Notes under the pieces: generated by a model | The model's input: the letters and a program-made list of their open reading frames with translations, nothing else | Databases searched by the model: none | Told to the model about the DNA's origin: nothing | Part shown: piece after piece, positions 25,818-33,820 of the stretch | Numbering within the stretch: the first letter of the stretch is position 1 | Layout of the letters: the number at the start of each line of letters is the position of its first letter | Translations under genes and position numbers: made by a program | Assembly: GCF_963555475.1 (NCBI RefSeq) | Contig: NZ_CAUVVR010000001.1 | Length of the DNA: 64,000 bases | Reading direction: 5' to 3' (one strand) | DNA from: an uncultured Selenomonas sp. | Lineage (GTDB): Bacteria; Bacillota; Negativicutes; Selenomonadales; Selenomonadaceae

Positions 25818-27600
25818 AAAGAAGTGGGACAAGAAGAGCCGCGAGGAGATTGAGCGAGAGCTGCGCGCCTACTATGAACACTCCCTCGCCCATATCGAAA
25901 AGGACATCAGTGCACTTTATCAGCGGTTCGCGACCGACAACGGAATGGACATGGCGGCGGCGCAGCAGCTCCTCACGGGCAAGGAATATCGTGTATGGCG
26001 CATGGACATTGCCGAATACGTCAAGGAGATCAACGTAACAGGCAATCAGGAGCTTTTGCGTGAGCTGAACACCCTCGCCATGCGCAGCCGGATCACGCGT
26101 CTTGATGCACTCAGGGCGGGTACACTCAAAGAAATGGTGCTCCTCTCTGAGAAGTCCGAGAAGGCGATGAAAAAGTTCCTGAAATCGGGTTATGAGGATT
26201 TTTACTATCATGGGCTCTACGAGATCGGGAAGAAGCGCGGCCTTGAGGGGGCTGTGTCCCTCGTGGACGGAGAAAAGCTCGAGCGCGTCCTGCGTGTCCC
26301 GTGGAGCGGTAAGAATTACTCTAAGCGGATCTGGACGAATGGCGCGAAGCTTGCAAAGACCATCCAGCAGAACATCATCGCCGCCGCACATCGTGGCGTA
26401 TCCGTGCAGGAAATGACGCGCGTCATTCGTCAGAAAATGGGCGTCGGTACGAAAGAGGCGGTGCGGCTCGTCCGTACCGAACTCAACTACGTGCAGAATC
26501 AGGCGGCGCTTCACTCCATCAAGGATGCGGGGATGAAATACTACCGCTTCATTGCGACGCTTGACAAGCGCACCTCAAATCTCTGCCAGTCCCATGATGG
26601 TGATGTGTTCCCCGTGGAGGAGGCGATGCCGGGGAAGAATATGCCGCCCCTGCATCCGCATTGCCGCTCCGTCATTTCGGGTTGTCTCAAAGGTGAGTAT
26701 AGGCCGCAGAGCGGCACGCGCACCGCACGAGACGAGAACGGCAAGAATGTGCTTGTCCCTGCGAACATGAAATATGACGATTGGCGAGCCGTCTATTTGG
26801 ACAAGAAGCTGACACTCGATGAGTGGAAGGCGGGCAATGTCGCATCACAGGCGACAAATGCGACGGGAGGATTGAATGCGGGCGTGCAAAGTGGTACAAT
26901 AAAATCAAACTTATGGAGTACGCCAAGTGGGTGGCAAATGTCTAGCGGATACAAGTACATTATGGGTGCCGCTAGGGCGAGCGGGGTTGAATACAGGAGT
27001 GTCAGCACCTTTGCTAAGTTGCCGACCGACGCTGAAATCATATCGCGATTGGCAGGTGGAGATAAAACCAAGGGGTCTTGTGCGTCACTTGCACTTGCAT
27101 ACGCAGGAAATAAGGCGGGATTAGATGTAATCGATTTTAGGGGCGGGCAGAGTCAAGGCTTTTTCTCAAGGTATTACAATTTGAAGAACATAGCGCATTT
27201 TTCTGGCGTTGTGTCAAGGGAAATTACCCTCAAGAGATGCGCAACGGATTTGGCAAAATATCTCAAAGGAAATGAGATTGTTGACGGGAAAGAATATTGC
27301 TTAATTGCGGGGGCGCACGCATCAGTTATAAGACGGCTGAATGGAGTTCTTGAATATCTAGAATTACAATCACCAGAAACAACAGGACACGTAAAAAATG
27401 GATGGAATCGTTTTGATAGATATGGCAATGCTGCGACGTGTCTATATCGTCGGTTTGGGTGTAAAAAGACTGTTGCGAGCCGCGCAATACTTATCGAAAT
27501 AGATTCTTTCTTAAACAATCCGGAAATAAGGGGCATGCTTGGCTATATCAATACAGATGTGAACGCTCAGATGAAGGGGGTTACCGGAAATGTCAAGTGA
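25756..27600 (+). CDS. MuF / SPP1 gp7-like head morphogenesis protein fused to a ~230-aa C-terminal Cys/His domain of unknown family
   Basis: MuF core to ~aa 305 (KNYSKRIWTNG..., LDKRTSNLCQSHDGDVF, PPLHPHCRS). From ~aa 384 (nt ~26905) the sequence is unrelated, with GSCASLALAY (Cys442, nt 27079-27081) and AGAHASVIR (His521, nt 27316-27318). G+C drops over the same interval. Confidence 0.85.
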   Translation: MAKTKATPTEKYWKKRQEELEKKWDKKSREEIERELRAYYEHSLAHIEKDISALYQRFATDNGMDMAAAQQLLTGKEYRVWRMDIAEYVKEINVTGNQELLRELNTLAMRSRITRLDALRAGTLKEMVLLSEKSEKAMKKFLKSGYEDFYYHGLYEIGKKRGLEGAVSLVDGEKLERVLRVPWSGKNYSKRIWTNGAKLAKTIQQNIIAAAHRGVSVQEMTRVIRQKMGVGTKEAVRLVRTELNYVQNQAALHSIKDAGMKYYRFIATLDKRTSNLCQSHDGDVFPVEEAMPGKNMPPLHPHCRSVISGCLKGEYRPQSGTRTARDENGKNVLVPANMKYDDWRAVYLDKKLTLDEWKAGNVASQATNATGGLNAGVQSGTIKSNLWSTPSGWQMSSGYKYIMGAARASGVEYRSVSTFAKLPTDAEIISRLAGGDKTKGSCASLALAYAGNKAGLDVIDFRGGQSQGFFSRYYNLKNIAHFSGVVSREITLKRCATDLAKYLKGNEIVDGKEYCLIAGAHASVIRRLNGVLEYLELQSPETTGHVKNGWNRFDRYGNAATCLYRRFGCKKTVASRAILIEIDSFLNNPEIRGMLGYINTDVNAQMKGVTGNVK

Positions 27601-27784
27601 TACGCCTGTTTGGGAAAAAAGATACGAGGGTAGTAAGCTTTGGTGGAAGAATATTCCGGGGGTTATTGGCGAGGTCGTTTTTAGTTTTGACAAGAAAAGA
27701 GAGTACAATCTGTTTCAGGATTATGACAAGCTAACACCGGAACAGAGAAAACTCGTCGATGCGGAGAATCCTCTGATTCCTTGA
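27590..27784 (+). CDS. Small hypothetical protein overlapping the MuF-fusion stop (candidate cognate immunity/partner)
   Basis: 64 aa, MSSDTPVWEKRYEGSKLWWKNIPGVIGEVVFSFDKKREYNLFQDYDKLTPEQRKLVDAENPLIP. 11-nt overlap with the upstream ORF, same low-GC block, followed by a terminator. Confidence 0.5.
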   Translation: MSSDTPVWEKRYEGSKLWWKNIPGVIGEVVFSFDKKREYNLFQDYDKLTPEQRKLVDAENPLIP

Positions 27785-27797
27785 CAATCAAACACAC

Positions 27798-27830
27798 AAG
27801 CACTTACGAATTGTCGTGAGTGCTTTTCTT
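27798..27830 (+). terminator. Hairpin plus U-rich tract inside the late operon
   Basis: aagcacttacg / cgtgagtgctt (11 bp including one G-U), 6-nt loop, then ttctt. Confidence 0.55.
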
Positions 27831-27855
27831 ATGCCAATTTTGAGGAGGTGGGGCT

Positions 27856-28167
27856 ATGCCCGATAGTGTAATGATTGACGCCGTACGATATGCGATTCTG
27901 CGCGTCAAAGAGCCGCTGATTCTGGATGGGCGTGCTTGTAACGCCGTTGTTGAGTATAACACGGCACAGATCAAGATACTCGAGGGTGGGAACATCGGCG
28001 AGGGTAATGTGGCAAAGCTGCTCATGCACGAGATTGTCCATGCACTTCTTTTCGAACGAGGCATGACTGAGGCGGCAGCAGATGAGGAGCTTGTTTCGGA
28101 GCTTGCGGCGGGCTTTGTGAATCTTGTGCGGGCGAATCCGCAGCTTGTCGAGTTTTTGCAGAAATAG
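27856..28167 (+). CDS. Small HExxH-motif protein (putative zinc metallopeptidase-like)
   Basis: 103 aa. The only clear motif is AKLLMHEIVHALLFERG. Sits between MuF and the scaffold gene. Confidence 0.55.
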   Translation: MPDSVMIDAVRYAILRVKEPLILDGRACNAVVEYNTAQIKILEGGNIGEGNVAKLLMHEIVHALLFERGMTEAAADEELVSELAAGFVNLVRANPQLVEFLQK

Positions 28168-28250
28168 GAGGAATTGCTATGAACGGGATCCGAGCGCCGG
28201 CGCATATCCGTGTCGGTATAAAACTAGCACTCACACAGAGGAGGAATGAA

Positions 28251-28841
28251 ATGAGCGATAATCTGTTTGATTTCGACCTGCAGCGCTTCGGCGACGATGC
28301 AGGTGATTCCGCAGGAGCGGACAATGCGAGCGACGACAAGCCAAAGACTGATCCTGCCGATGATAAGCAGGACGACACGCAGGCGAAGATTGACGCTGCT
28401 GTCGCTGCCCGTCTTGCCGATGAAAAGGCGAAGTGGGAGAAGGCGTATCAGAAAAAGGCTGCGGCGGACAAAAAGGAGGCCGAGCGGTTGGCGAAGCTCT
28501 CCGAGGACGAGCGCCGTGCGGCGGAACTCGAGGCACGCAACAAGGAACTTGAGGAGAAAGATCAGGAGATCCGGCGCAAGGAACTCAAGCTTGAAACGGT
28601 GAAAGTGCTCGCCGATCGGAGCCTCCCCGTTGCGTTTGCGGACTATCTGATTGCCGAGGACAGTGAGTCCACACTCAAGCGCATCACTGCGTTTGAGAAG
28701 GAATACAAGAAGGCCGTAGAGGCAGGCGTCAACGAAAAGCTCAAGGGGAAAGCCCCTGCAGCGAGTGGCGGTGCAGGTGACTCTGCGGGCATTGAGAATG
28801 GTTTCTTCAAGGCCATTTATGACAATCAGGCAAAGAGGTAA
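28251..28841 (+). CDS. Capsid scaffolding protein (DUF4355-like)
   Basis: Starts MSDNLFDFDLQRFGDD after AGAGGAGG. Long charged coiled coil (KAKWEKAYQKKAAADKKEAERLAKLSEDERRAAELEARNKELEEKDQEIRRKELK). Directly upstream of the major capsid gene. Confidence 0.75.
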   Translation: MSDNLFDFDLQRFGDDAGDSAGADNASDDKPKTDPADDKQDDTQAKIDAAVAARLADEKAKWEKAYQKKAAADKKEAERLAKLSEDERRAAELEARNKELEEKDQEIRRKELKLETVKVLADRSLPVAFADYLIAEDSESTLKRITAFEKEYKKAVEAGVNEKLKGKAPAASGGAGDSAGIENGFFKAIYDNQAKR

Positions 28842-28847
28842 GAAAGG

Positions 28848-29777
28848 ATGACGACTATGAAGAATAAGATGAGCTTTGATCTCCAGCGTTTCTCGGACAC
28901 GGGGTACCTGAAGGACAATCTGCAGGGCTTCGTGCCGAAGCCGATCGCGGCGGACATCATCGCGGACATTGTGCGCGGCTCGTCCGTAATGCGGCTCTCG
29001 ACGGTGCAGGAGATGACCTCCGAAACACAGAAATTCCCCGTTATGACGGCGGGGCCCGGAGCATACTGGGTCGGCGAGACGGAGCGCATCAAGACATCGG
29101 TCGCTGAGTGGATTTTCCCCGAGCTTGTCGCAAAGAAGATCGCTGTCATCGTACCGTGCAGCCGTGAGAAGCTCGAGGATACGACAATCAACGTGTTCGG
29201 CGTTGTTCGCCCGTATATTGCGGAAGCGTTCTACAAGGCGATTGATTCGGCATGTCTCTTCGGCACGAACTCGCCCTTTGCGAAGAACATCTTCGGTGTT
29301 GCGAGTGCTGCGGGGAACGTGATCGCGGAGGAGACGAATCCGAAGCTTGACCTCGATATCTCCGATGTAATGGCACTTGTCGAGAATGGCGGGCTTGACG
29401 TGAACGGCTTCGTCGCAGGCTACGACCTCAAGAACAGCCTGCGCAAGCTCCGCGACGGGAACGGCAATCAGCTCTACGTTACTGGTGTCGACTCGAGTAC
29501 GCTCTATTCGCAGCCGATTGAGTTCTCGCGTAATGGTGCATGGGACAAGACGAAGGCGCGCGCAATTGCGGGCGATTGGAAGTATTCCATCATTGGCATC
29601 CGCGATCAGATTCAGTATGAGACGCTGCGCGAGGCAACGCTGCAGTCGGTTACAATGAGTGACGGCAAGCCCCTGAGCCTTGCTGAGAATGACATGGTGG
29701 CGATCAAGGTAACGATGCGCCTCGGGTTCCTGCCGGTCAAGGAGAACGCATTCGCTGCACTCAAACCGAAGGCGTAA
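28848..29777 (+). CDS. Major capsid protein (HK97 fold)
   Basis: 309 aa. Position after the scaffold gene. N-terminus MKNKMSFDLQRFSD followed by typical HK97-family segments (GFVPKPIAADII..., AYWVGETERIKTS). The start may be 28848 or 28857. Confidence 0.85.
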   Translation: MTTMKNKMSFDLQRFSDTGYLKDNLQGFVPKPIAADIIADIVRGSSVMRLSTVQEMTSETQKFPVMTAGPGAYWVGETERIKTSVAEWIFPELVAKKIAVIVPCSREKLEDTTINVFGVVRPYIAEAFYKAIDSACLFGTNSPFAKNIFGVASAAGNVIAEETNPKLDLDISDVMALVENGGLDVNGFVAGYDLKNSLRKLRDGNGNQLYVTGVDSSTLYSQPIEFSRNGAWDKTKARAIAGDWKYSIIGIRDQIQYETLREATLQSVTMSDGKPLSLAENDMVAIKVTMRLGFLPVKENAFAALKPKA

Positions 29778-29789
29778 GGAGGATACGGC

Positions 29790-30047
29790 ATGGATTTTCA
29801 GGAATACGAAAAAGATGGCGTGACCATCACGGCGACAGAAACCGCCTACGAGGTTATCTACAAGGCGCAGGGATTCCGTCCGAAGGAGGAGAAACCTCCC
29901 GAGCCCGTTCAAAACAACGACAAGAACGACGACAAGAACGACGCGGGGAAGGGCGGCACGAAGGGAGGCTCGCGAGGTGGAAAAGCAGGAAGCGATCCGG
30001 GTGATCACGGAGAAGGTGCGCCTGCTGGAGAGGCACAGGACTCTTGA
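29790..30047 (+). CDS. Hypothetical small head-region protein
   Basis: 85 aa. Structured first ~35 aa, then a low-complexity K/N/D/G tail. Its 3-prime 71 nt overlap the next gene in another frame, so the real extent is uncertain. Confidence 0.4.
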   Translation: MDFQEYEKDGVTITATETAYEVIYKAQGFRPKEEKPPEPVQNNDKNDDKNDAGKGGTKGGSRGGKAGSDPGDHGEGAPAGEAQDS

Positions 30048-30360
30048 TGCCGGGCTTCTCACGTTCTACGTCGAGAAGCTTGTTACGGACATTCTTGACT
30101 ACTGCCACCGCACAGATTTCCCCGAGCCGCTCGTTTATTCAGCGGTTGATCTTATCCGCAAACGCCTTGCGGATGAGGATACGGCGGGCAATGAACCCGG
30201 CGTGCCGACAAATGCGCCGCTATCGAGTGTCAAGATGGACGATACGGAGTTCAAATTTGCCGTGTCAAACATCGACCCGACGGGCTGTCTTGCCGATCTG
30301 GACTTTGCAACGCTGAGGCCGAAGCTCAACCGTTGGCGTAAGGTGGTGAGTCTGCCGTGA
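29977..30360 (+). CDS. Head-tail connector (gp6-like, Phage_connect_1-type)
   Basis: LTFYVEKLVTDILDYCHRTDFPEPLVYSAVDLIRKRL resembles gp6-like connector proteins. GTG start 8 nt after GGGAGG. Confidence 0.65.
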   Translation: MEKQEAIRVITEKVRLLERHRTLDAGLLTFYVEKLVTDILDYCHRTDFPEPLVYSAVDLIRKRLADEDTAGNEPGVPTNAPLSSVKMDDTEFKFAVSNIDPTGCLADLDFATLRPKLNRWRKVVSLP

Positions 30361-30728
30361 ATCTCAAGGGCATCCTGCGTCGCATGATGTACCATGACCG
30401 CGCGGACGTATACCGCCTCCGGCAGGTACAAGCGGCAGATGGCTCGGACGACTACGCCGAGGAGGAGACGCCTGTCTACGAGAAACTCCCCTGCAAGCTT
30501 TCACAGTATGGCAAAGACCTCACGACGAACAAGACAGAGCGCGCGGTGAGTGTGTTTGTCGATCTGCGGCTCTGTTGTGATCCTGCGTTTGATATTCGCG
30601 CGAATGATCGCGTTGTTGTACTGCGGCAGGGGAAACGTATGGAGTTTGTCGCAGGGATCAGTTTTCCATATCCGACGCATCAAGAGATTGCGCTCAGGCG
30701 CAGAGGGGAGGTCGGAAATGGGGGTTGA
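30357..30728 (+). CDS. Head closure / head-tail adaptor protein
   Basis: 123 aa. Position and size are typical. GTGA overlap upstream. No strong motif. Confidence 0.5.
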   Translation: MNLKGILRRMMYHDRADVYRLRQVQAADGSDDYAEEETPVYEKLPCKLSQYGKDLTTNKTERAVSVFVDLRLCCDPAFDIRANDRVVVLRQGKRMEFVAGISFPYPTHQEIALRRRGEVGNGG

Positions 30729-31107
30729 AATCAGCGGACTGGACGATTTTGAGAAAATGCTTGCGGATGCGGAGAAGCGTCAGCACGGGGTGGTCAACAC
30801 GTTTCTCAAGGTGGAAGCGGAGGAACTTCTCGGGGCAGCCCGCGATAAGACGCCCGTCGATACCGGTGCGCTGCGATTGAATTGGGTGCGTGGACAGCCC
30901 CAGGGCGGCACGGTGGAGGTCGGGAATGCTGCGGACTATGCCGCTCACGTTGAGTATGGGCATCGAATCGTCCGCATGGTCGGTGGAAAGAAAGAGTATA
31001 CGGGCAAGGTCAAGAAGGGCGTCCACATGCTCAAGACGTCTGTCAACGAACGGCGTGAGAACTTTCGTGAAAACGCGCAGGAGATTCTAAAGGAGATGTT
31101 CAAATGA
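30718..31107 (+). CDS. HK97 gp10-family tail-neck protein
   Basis: MGVEISGLDDFEKMLADAEK...TPVDTGALRLNW...GNAADYAAHVEYGHR is typical of the HK97 gp10 family. ATG 30718; the longer tracked ORF from 30550 is not credible. Confidence 0.75.
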   Translation: MGVEISGLDDFEKMLADAEKRQHGVVNTFLKVEAEELLGAARDKTPVDTGALRLNWVRGQPQGGTVEVGNAADYAAHVEYGHRIVRMVGGKKEYTGKVKKGVHMLKTSVNERRENFRENAQEILKEMFK

Positions 31108-31550
31108 TTCCTTCCCTTGACATCCGCAGCGCGCTTTCGGCTCTTTTGAAAAAGCACTTTCCACATGCCGTCTACTTCACGAACAATGCCGACTCTCAAA
31201 AGGGTTATTTCCACGTTGAGATCGCGCCGAAAAAGCGCACGGTTGACCGCGTGATCTATGAGCGCTCGCTTGACATCGAGCTTACCCTTGTCCTGCCGCC
31301 CGACGCACGCGGGCGCATTGACCGCACGAAGCTCTACGAGGCGGTCGATACGCTCGACGCTGCTCTCATGCCTGTGCTGACAATTGGCGACCGTCATATT
31401 ACTGTGCAGGAAACGAGCAGCCGCATCGTTGATGAGGTGCTGTACTACAGTTTTACGCTCGATTTTGCGGATGCTATGCCAGGCGAGGAATACGAGTTGA
31501 TGGAGGAGCTTGCTATCAACGGACAAAGAGAACATACAGAGGAGGAATGA
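31104..31550 (+). CDS. Tail completion / sheath-terminator-position protein (XkdJ-position)
   Basis: 148 aa directly upstream of the sheath gene with overlapping stops/starts. Assigned by synteny only. Confidence 0.45.
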   Translation: MIPSLDIRSALSALLKKHFPHAVYFTNNADSQKGYFHVEIAPKKRTVDRVIYERSLDIELTLVLPPDARGRIDRTKLYEAVDTLDAALMPVLTIGDRHITVQETSSRIVDEVLYYSFTLDFADAMPGEEYELMEELAINGQREHTEEE

Positions 31551-32743
31551 ATATGCCAAATGAGGCTGAAAAGTTTGGTTTGCCGCAGGTCATCATTGAC
31601 TTTCGTACAAAGTCGACAACGGCGATTGCTCGCAGTGCGCGCGGCATTGGCGTGATGATCCTGAACAACGAGTCGACGAACGTCTCGAAGTTCTACAAGA
31701 TTTCGGACAGCACAGATATTCCCGATGAGGGGCTGACGGCGAAGAACGTTGAGCTCATCAAAAAGGCGCTGCTCGGTATCCCCCTGCGCATCTTGGTCTA
31801 CACGCTGCCGATGGCGGACGTTACGCCGGGTGGCGGGGAGTCGCTGCTCAATCAGGCGGACGTACTCAAGAAGCTCCACAATATCAAGTGGAACTACATC
31901 TGCCATCCGACAGGCACGGCGCAGGATCAGGAAGATCTTGCTGTGTGGGTCAAGAAGGAGCGCAATATCAAGCGCAAGACGTTCAAGGCGGTCGTGGCGA
32001 ATTTCGACGCGGACGACAAGGGCGTTATCAATTTCACGACGGACAACATTCGTTGTGTGAATCCCGCCTACACAGATGCGCTGCAGGCGGCAGGCGGCGA
32101 CCGCAAGAAGGTGAGCAGCTCAATCGCCGAATACCTCACCTACACCTCGACGGAGTATACGGCGCGCATCATGGGCATTCTCGCGGGGCTTGCACTCGAC
32201 CGCTCGGCGACGTACTACGAGCTGAATGAGGTCTACGACTGTGAAACCTACGAGGACATCGACGACTGCATCAGCAAGGGGCAGCTCTGCCTCATCGACG
32301 AAATGGACGGCAACGGTGTCAAGATTGCGCGTGCGTGCAACTCGCTCCATACGTTCACAACGGATGTAGGGCAGGATTTCCGTTACATCAAGATCATTGA
32401 GGCGGTGGACATGATCACGGACGACATCCGTGACACGTTCAAAAATTCGTATGTGGGTAAGGTTATCAACGATTACAATCACAAGATGCTCTTCATCGCG
32501 GCGATTCTCGTCTATTTCCGCAATCTCAAGGGTAATGTGCTGGATGATTCGCCGACGGCGATCAATACGGTCGATATCGACGAGGCGGCACAGAAAGACT
32601 ATGCCATCCTGCACGGCGATGATGTGACCAAGATGACAGTGCAGCAGATTCGCGAGTACAACACAGGGACACAGGTGCTTCTCACGGGGCGCCTTACACC
32701 TGTCAACGCGATGGAAGACCTGCGCATCACGTTCACAATGTAA
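31547..32743 (+). CDS. Contractile tail sheath protein (XkdK-like)
   Basis: 398 aa. N-terminus GLPQVIIDFRTKSTTAIARSARGIGVMILNN is typical of PBSX-type sheath proteins. Followed by the tube gene. Confidence 0.8.
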   Translation: MNMPNEAEKFGLPQVIIDFRTKSTTAIARSARGIGVMILNNESTNVSKFYKISDSTDIPDEGLTAKNVELIKKALLGIPLRILVYTLPMADVTPGGGESLLNQADVLKKLHNIKWNYICHPTGTAQDQEDLAVWVKKERNIKRKTFKAVVANFDADDKGVINFTTDNIRCVNPAYTDALQAAGGDRKKVSSSIAEYLTYTSTEYTARIMGILAGLALDRSATYYELNEVYDCETYEDIDDCISKGQLCLIDEMDGNGVKIARACNSLHTFTTDVGQDFRYIKIIEAVDMITDDIRDTFKNSYVGKVINDYNHKMLFIAAILVYFRNLKGNVLDDSPTAINTVDIDEAAQKDYAILHGDDVTKMTVQQIREYNTGTQVLLTGRLTPVNAMEDLRITFTM

Positions 32744-32760
32744 GGAAGGAGGAATAGTAT

Positions 32761-33219
32761 ATGGCAAGAGCTGCAGAAGATGTGAAGTATCGTGGCCGCC
32801 GCCGCTGGAACGGTTCGCACGGACGCGTCTGGTGGGAGGGACTGCTGATTTTTGAAATCTCGAAGTATGAGGCGAAGGTGACAGCTGATCGTGAGGATGT
32901 GCTGATCGGCAACTCCAAGGACAGCAAGGTAGTCTCCCTCACAGGAAAAGGCTCGATGACGGTCAAGTGTGTCATCAACCGTAATATCAGTCGATTCCTT
33001 GAGGCGTGGAAAGCAGGCAAGGATCCGCGTACGACGATTGTCAGCTTGGTTGATGACCCGGATGCAGTTGACGGACAAAAAGAACGCTGCTCGATCGATA
33101 ACGTCTGGCTTGACGAAATCACGCTGATGGCCTTTGAGAAGGGACAAGTTGTCGAAAAAGAATATCCCTTCGGATTTACGCCTGAGGATGCTTCTTTCGT
33201 CGAAACAATCGATGCTTAA
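32761..33219 (+). CDS. Tail tube protein (XkdM-like)
   Basis: 152 aa. GRVWWEGLLIFEISKYEAKVTADREDV...GKGSMTVKCV pattern of XkdM-family tubes. Confidence 0.8.
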   Translation: MARAAEDVKYRGRRRWNGSHGRVWWEGLLIFEISKYEAKVTADREDVLIGNSKDSKVVSLTGKGSMTVKCVINRNISRFLEAWKAGKDPRTTIVSLVDDPDAVDGQKERCSIDNVWLDEITLMAFEKGQVVEKEYPFGFTPEDASFVETIDA

Positions 33220-33275
33220 GAAAATGGTTTTGCCCCGCAGCAGCTCTGCGGGGCATTCTTATAGGAGGAATACAA

Positions 33276-33635
33276 ATGGCAGTATCAATCAAAGATCTTA
33301 TCGCAAAGAAAGAGGCGCTCACGCAGCGTAAGAAGCAGAAGTATGACATCGAGACCTCGGCTGGCGTTCTGACGGTGAAGATGCCGTCACGCGCGCACGT
33401 CGCCGAACTTCTCAAACTTGAGGATTCGGACGCGCATCTCATCATTGGCTATGTCGTCGAGCCGAATCTGTGCGATCCGCAGCTCCTTGAGGCGTACGGC
33501 TGTCTTGAACCGACGGATATTGTAGAGAAGATTTTTGACCCCGGCGAGATTCCCGCTGTCGGGCGTAAGATCATGGAGCTGGCGGGCTACGGCAAGAACA
33601 TCCGTGCCGATCTGCACGAAGACGTAAAAAACTGA
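33276..33635 (+). CDS. Tail assembly chaperone (XkdN-like), short form
   Basis: 119 aa. ...SAGVLTVKMPSRAHVAELLKLED...EPTDIVEKIFDPGEI... Precedes the tape measure gene. Confidence 0.75.
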   Translation: MAVSIKDLIAKKEALTQRKKQKYDIETSAGVLTVKMPSRAHVAELLKLEDSDAHLIIGYVVEPNLCDPQLLEAYGCLEPTDIVEKIFDPGEIPAVGRKIMELAGYGKNIRADLHEDVKN

Positions 33636-33820
33636 TCGAGGAGGACTGGGAGGCGCGCACCGTCGCCTTCCTTGTCCTCAGAGGTCACACACTGGACTAT
33701 TTTTATACGCTCTCCGAAGTGGAGAAGATATTTTGCTATGAAGCGATGGCACGCGAAGAGCGACAGCATATCGAGGAGCTGAAGCTGCTTGCGGCCGGAA
33801 GGGGGTTAAATCTGCGATGA
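33276..33820 (+). CDS. Tail assembly chaperone, long form by programmed -1 frameshift
   Basis: Slippery heptamer A_AAA_AAC (33626-33632) lies immediately before the 0-frame stop. The -1 frame is open from 33569 and reads ...KKLIEEDWEARTVAFLVLRGHTLDYFYTLSEVEKIF...GLNLR, stopping at 33818-33820, which overlaps the tape-measure ATG. Confidence 0.6.

Noticed and set aside
24396-25832. 478-aa minus-strand ORF covering the portal gene
   Set aside because: It is antisense to a strongly supported SPP1-type portal. It has no RBS or promoter context, and its composition is typical of GC-rich antisense frames.
28224-30062. 612-aa ORF on the minus strand spanning the scaffold and capsid region
   Set aside because: It runs antisense to two well-supported structural genes in high-GC DNA. 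The translation is Arg/Leu-rich and low-complexity with no motif, which is typical of a shadow ORF.
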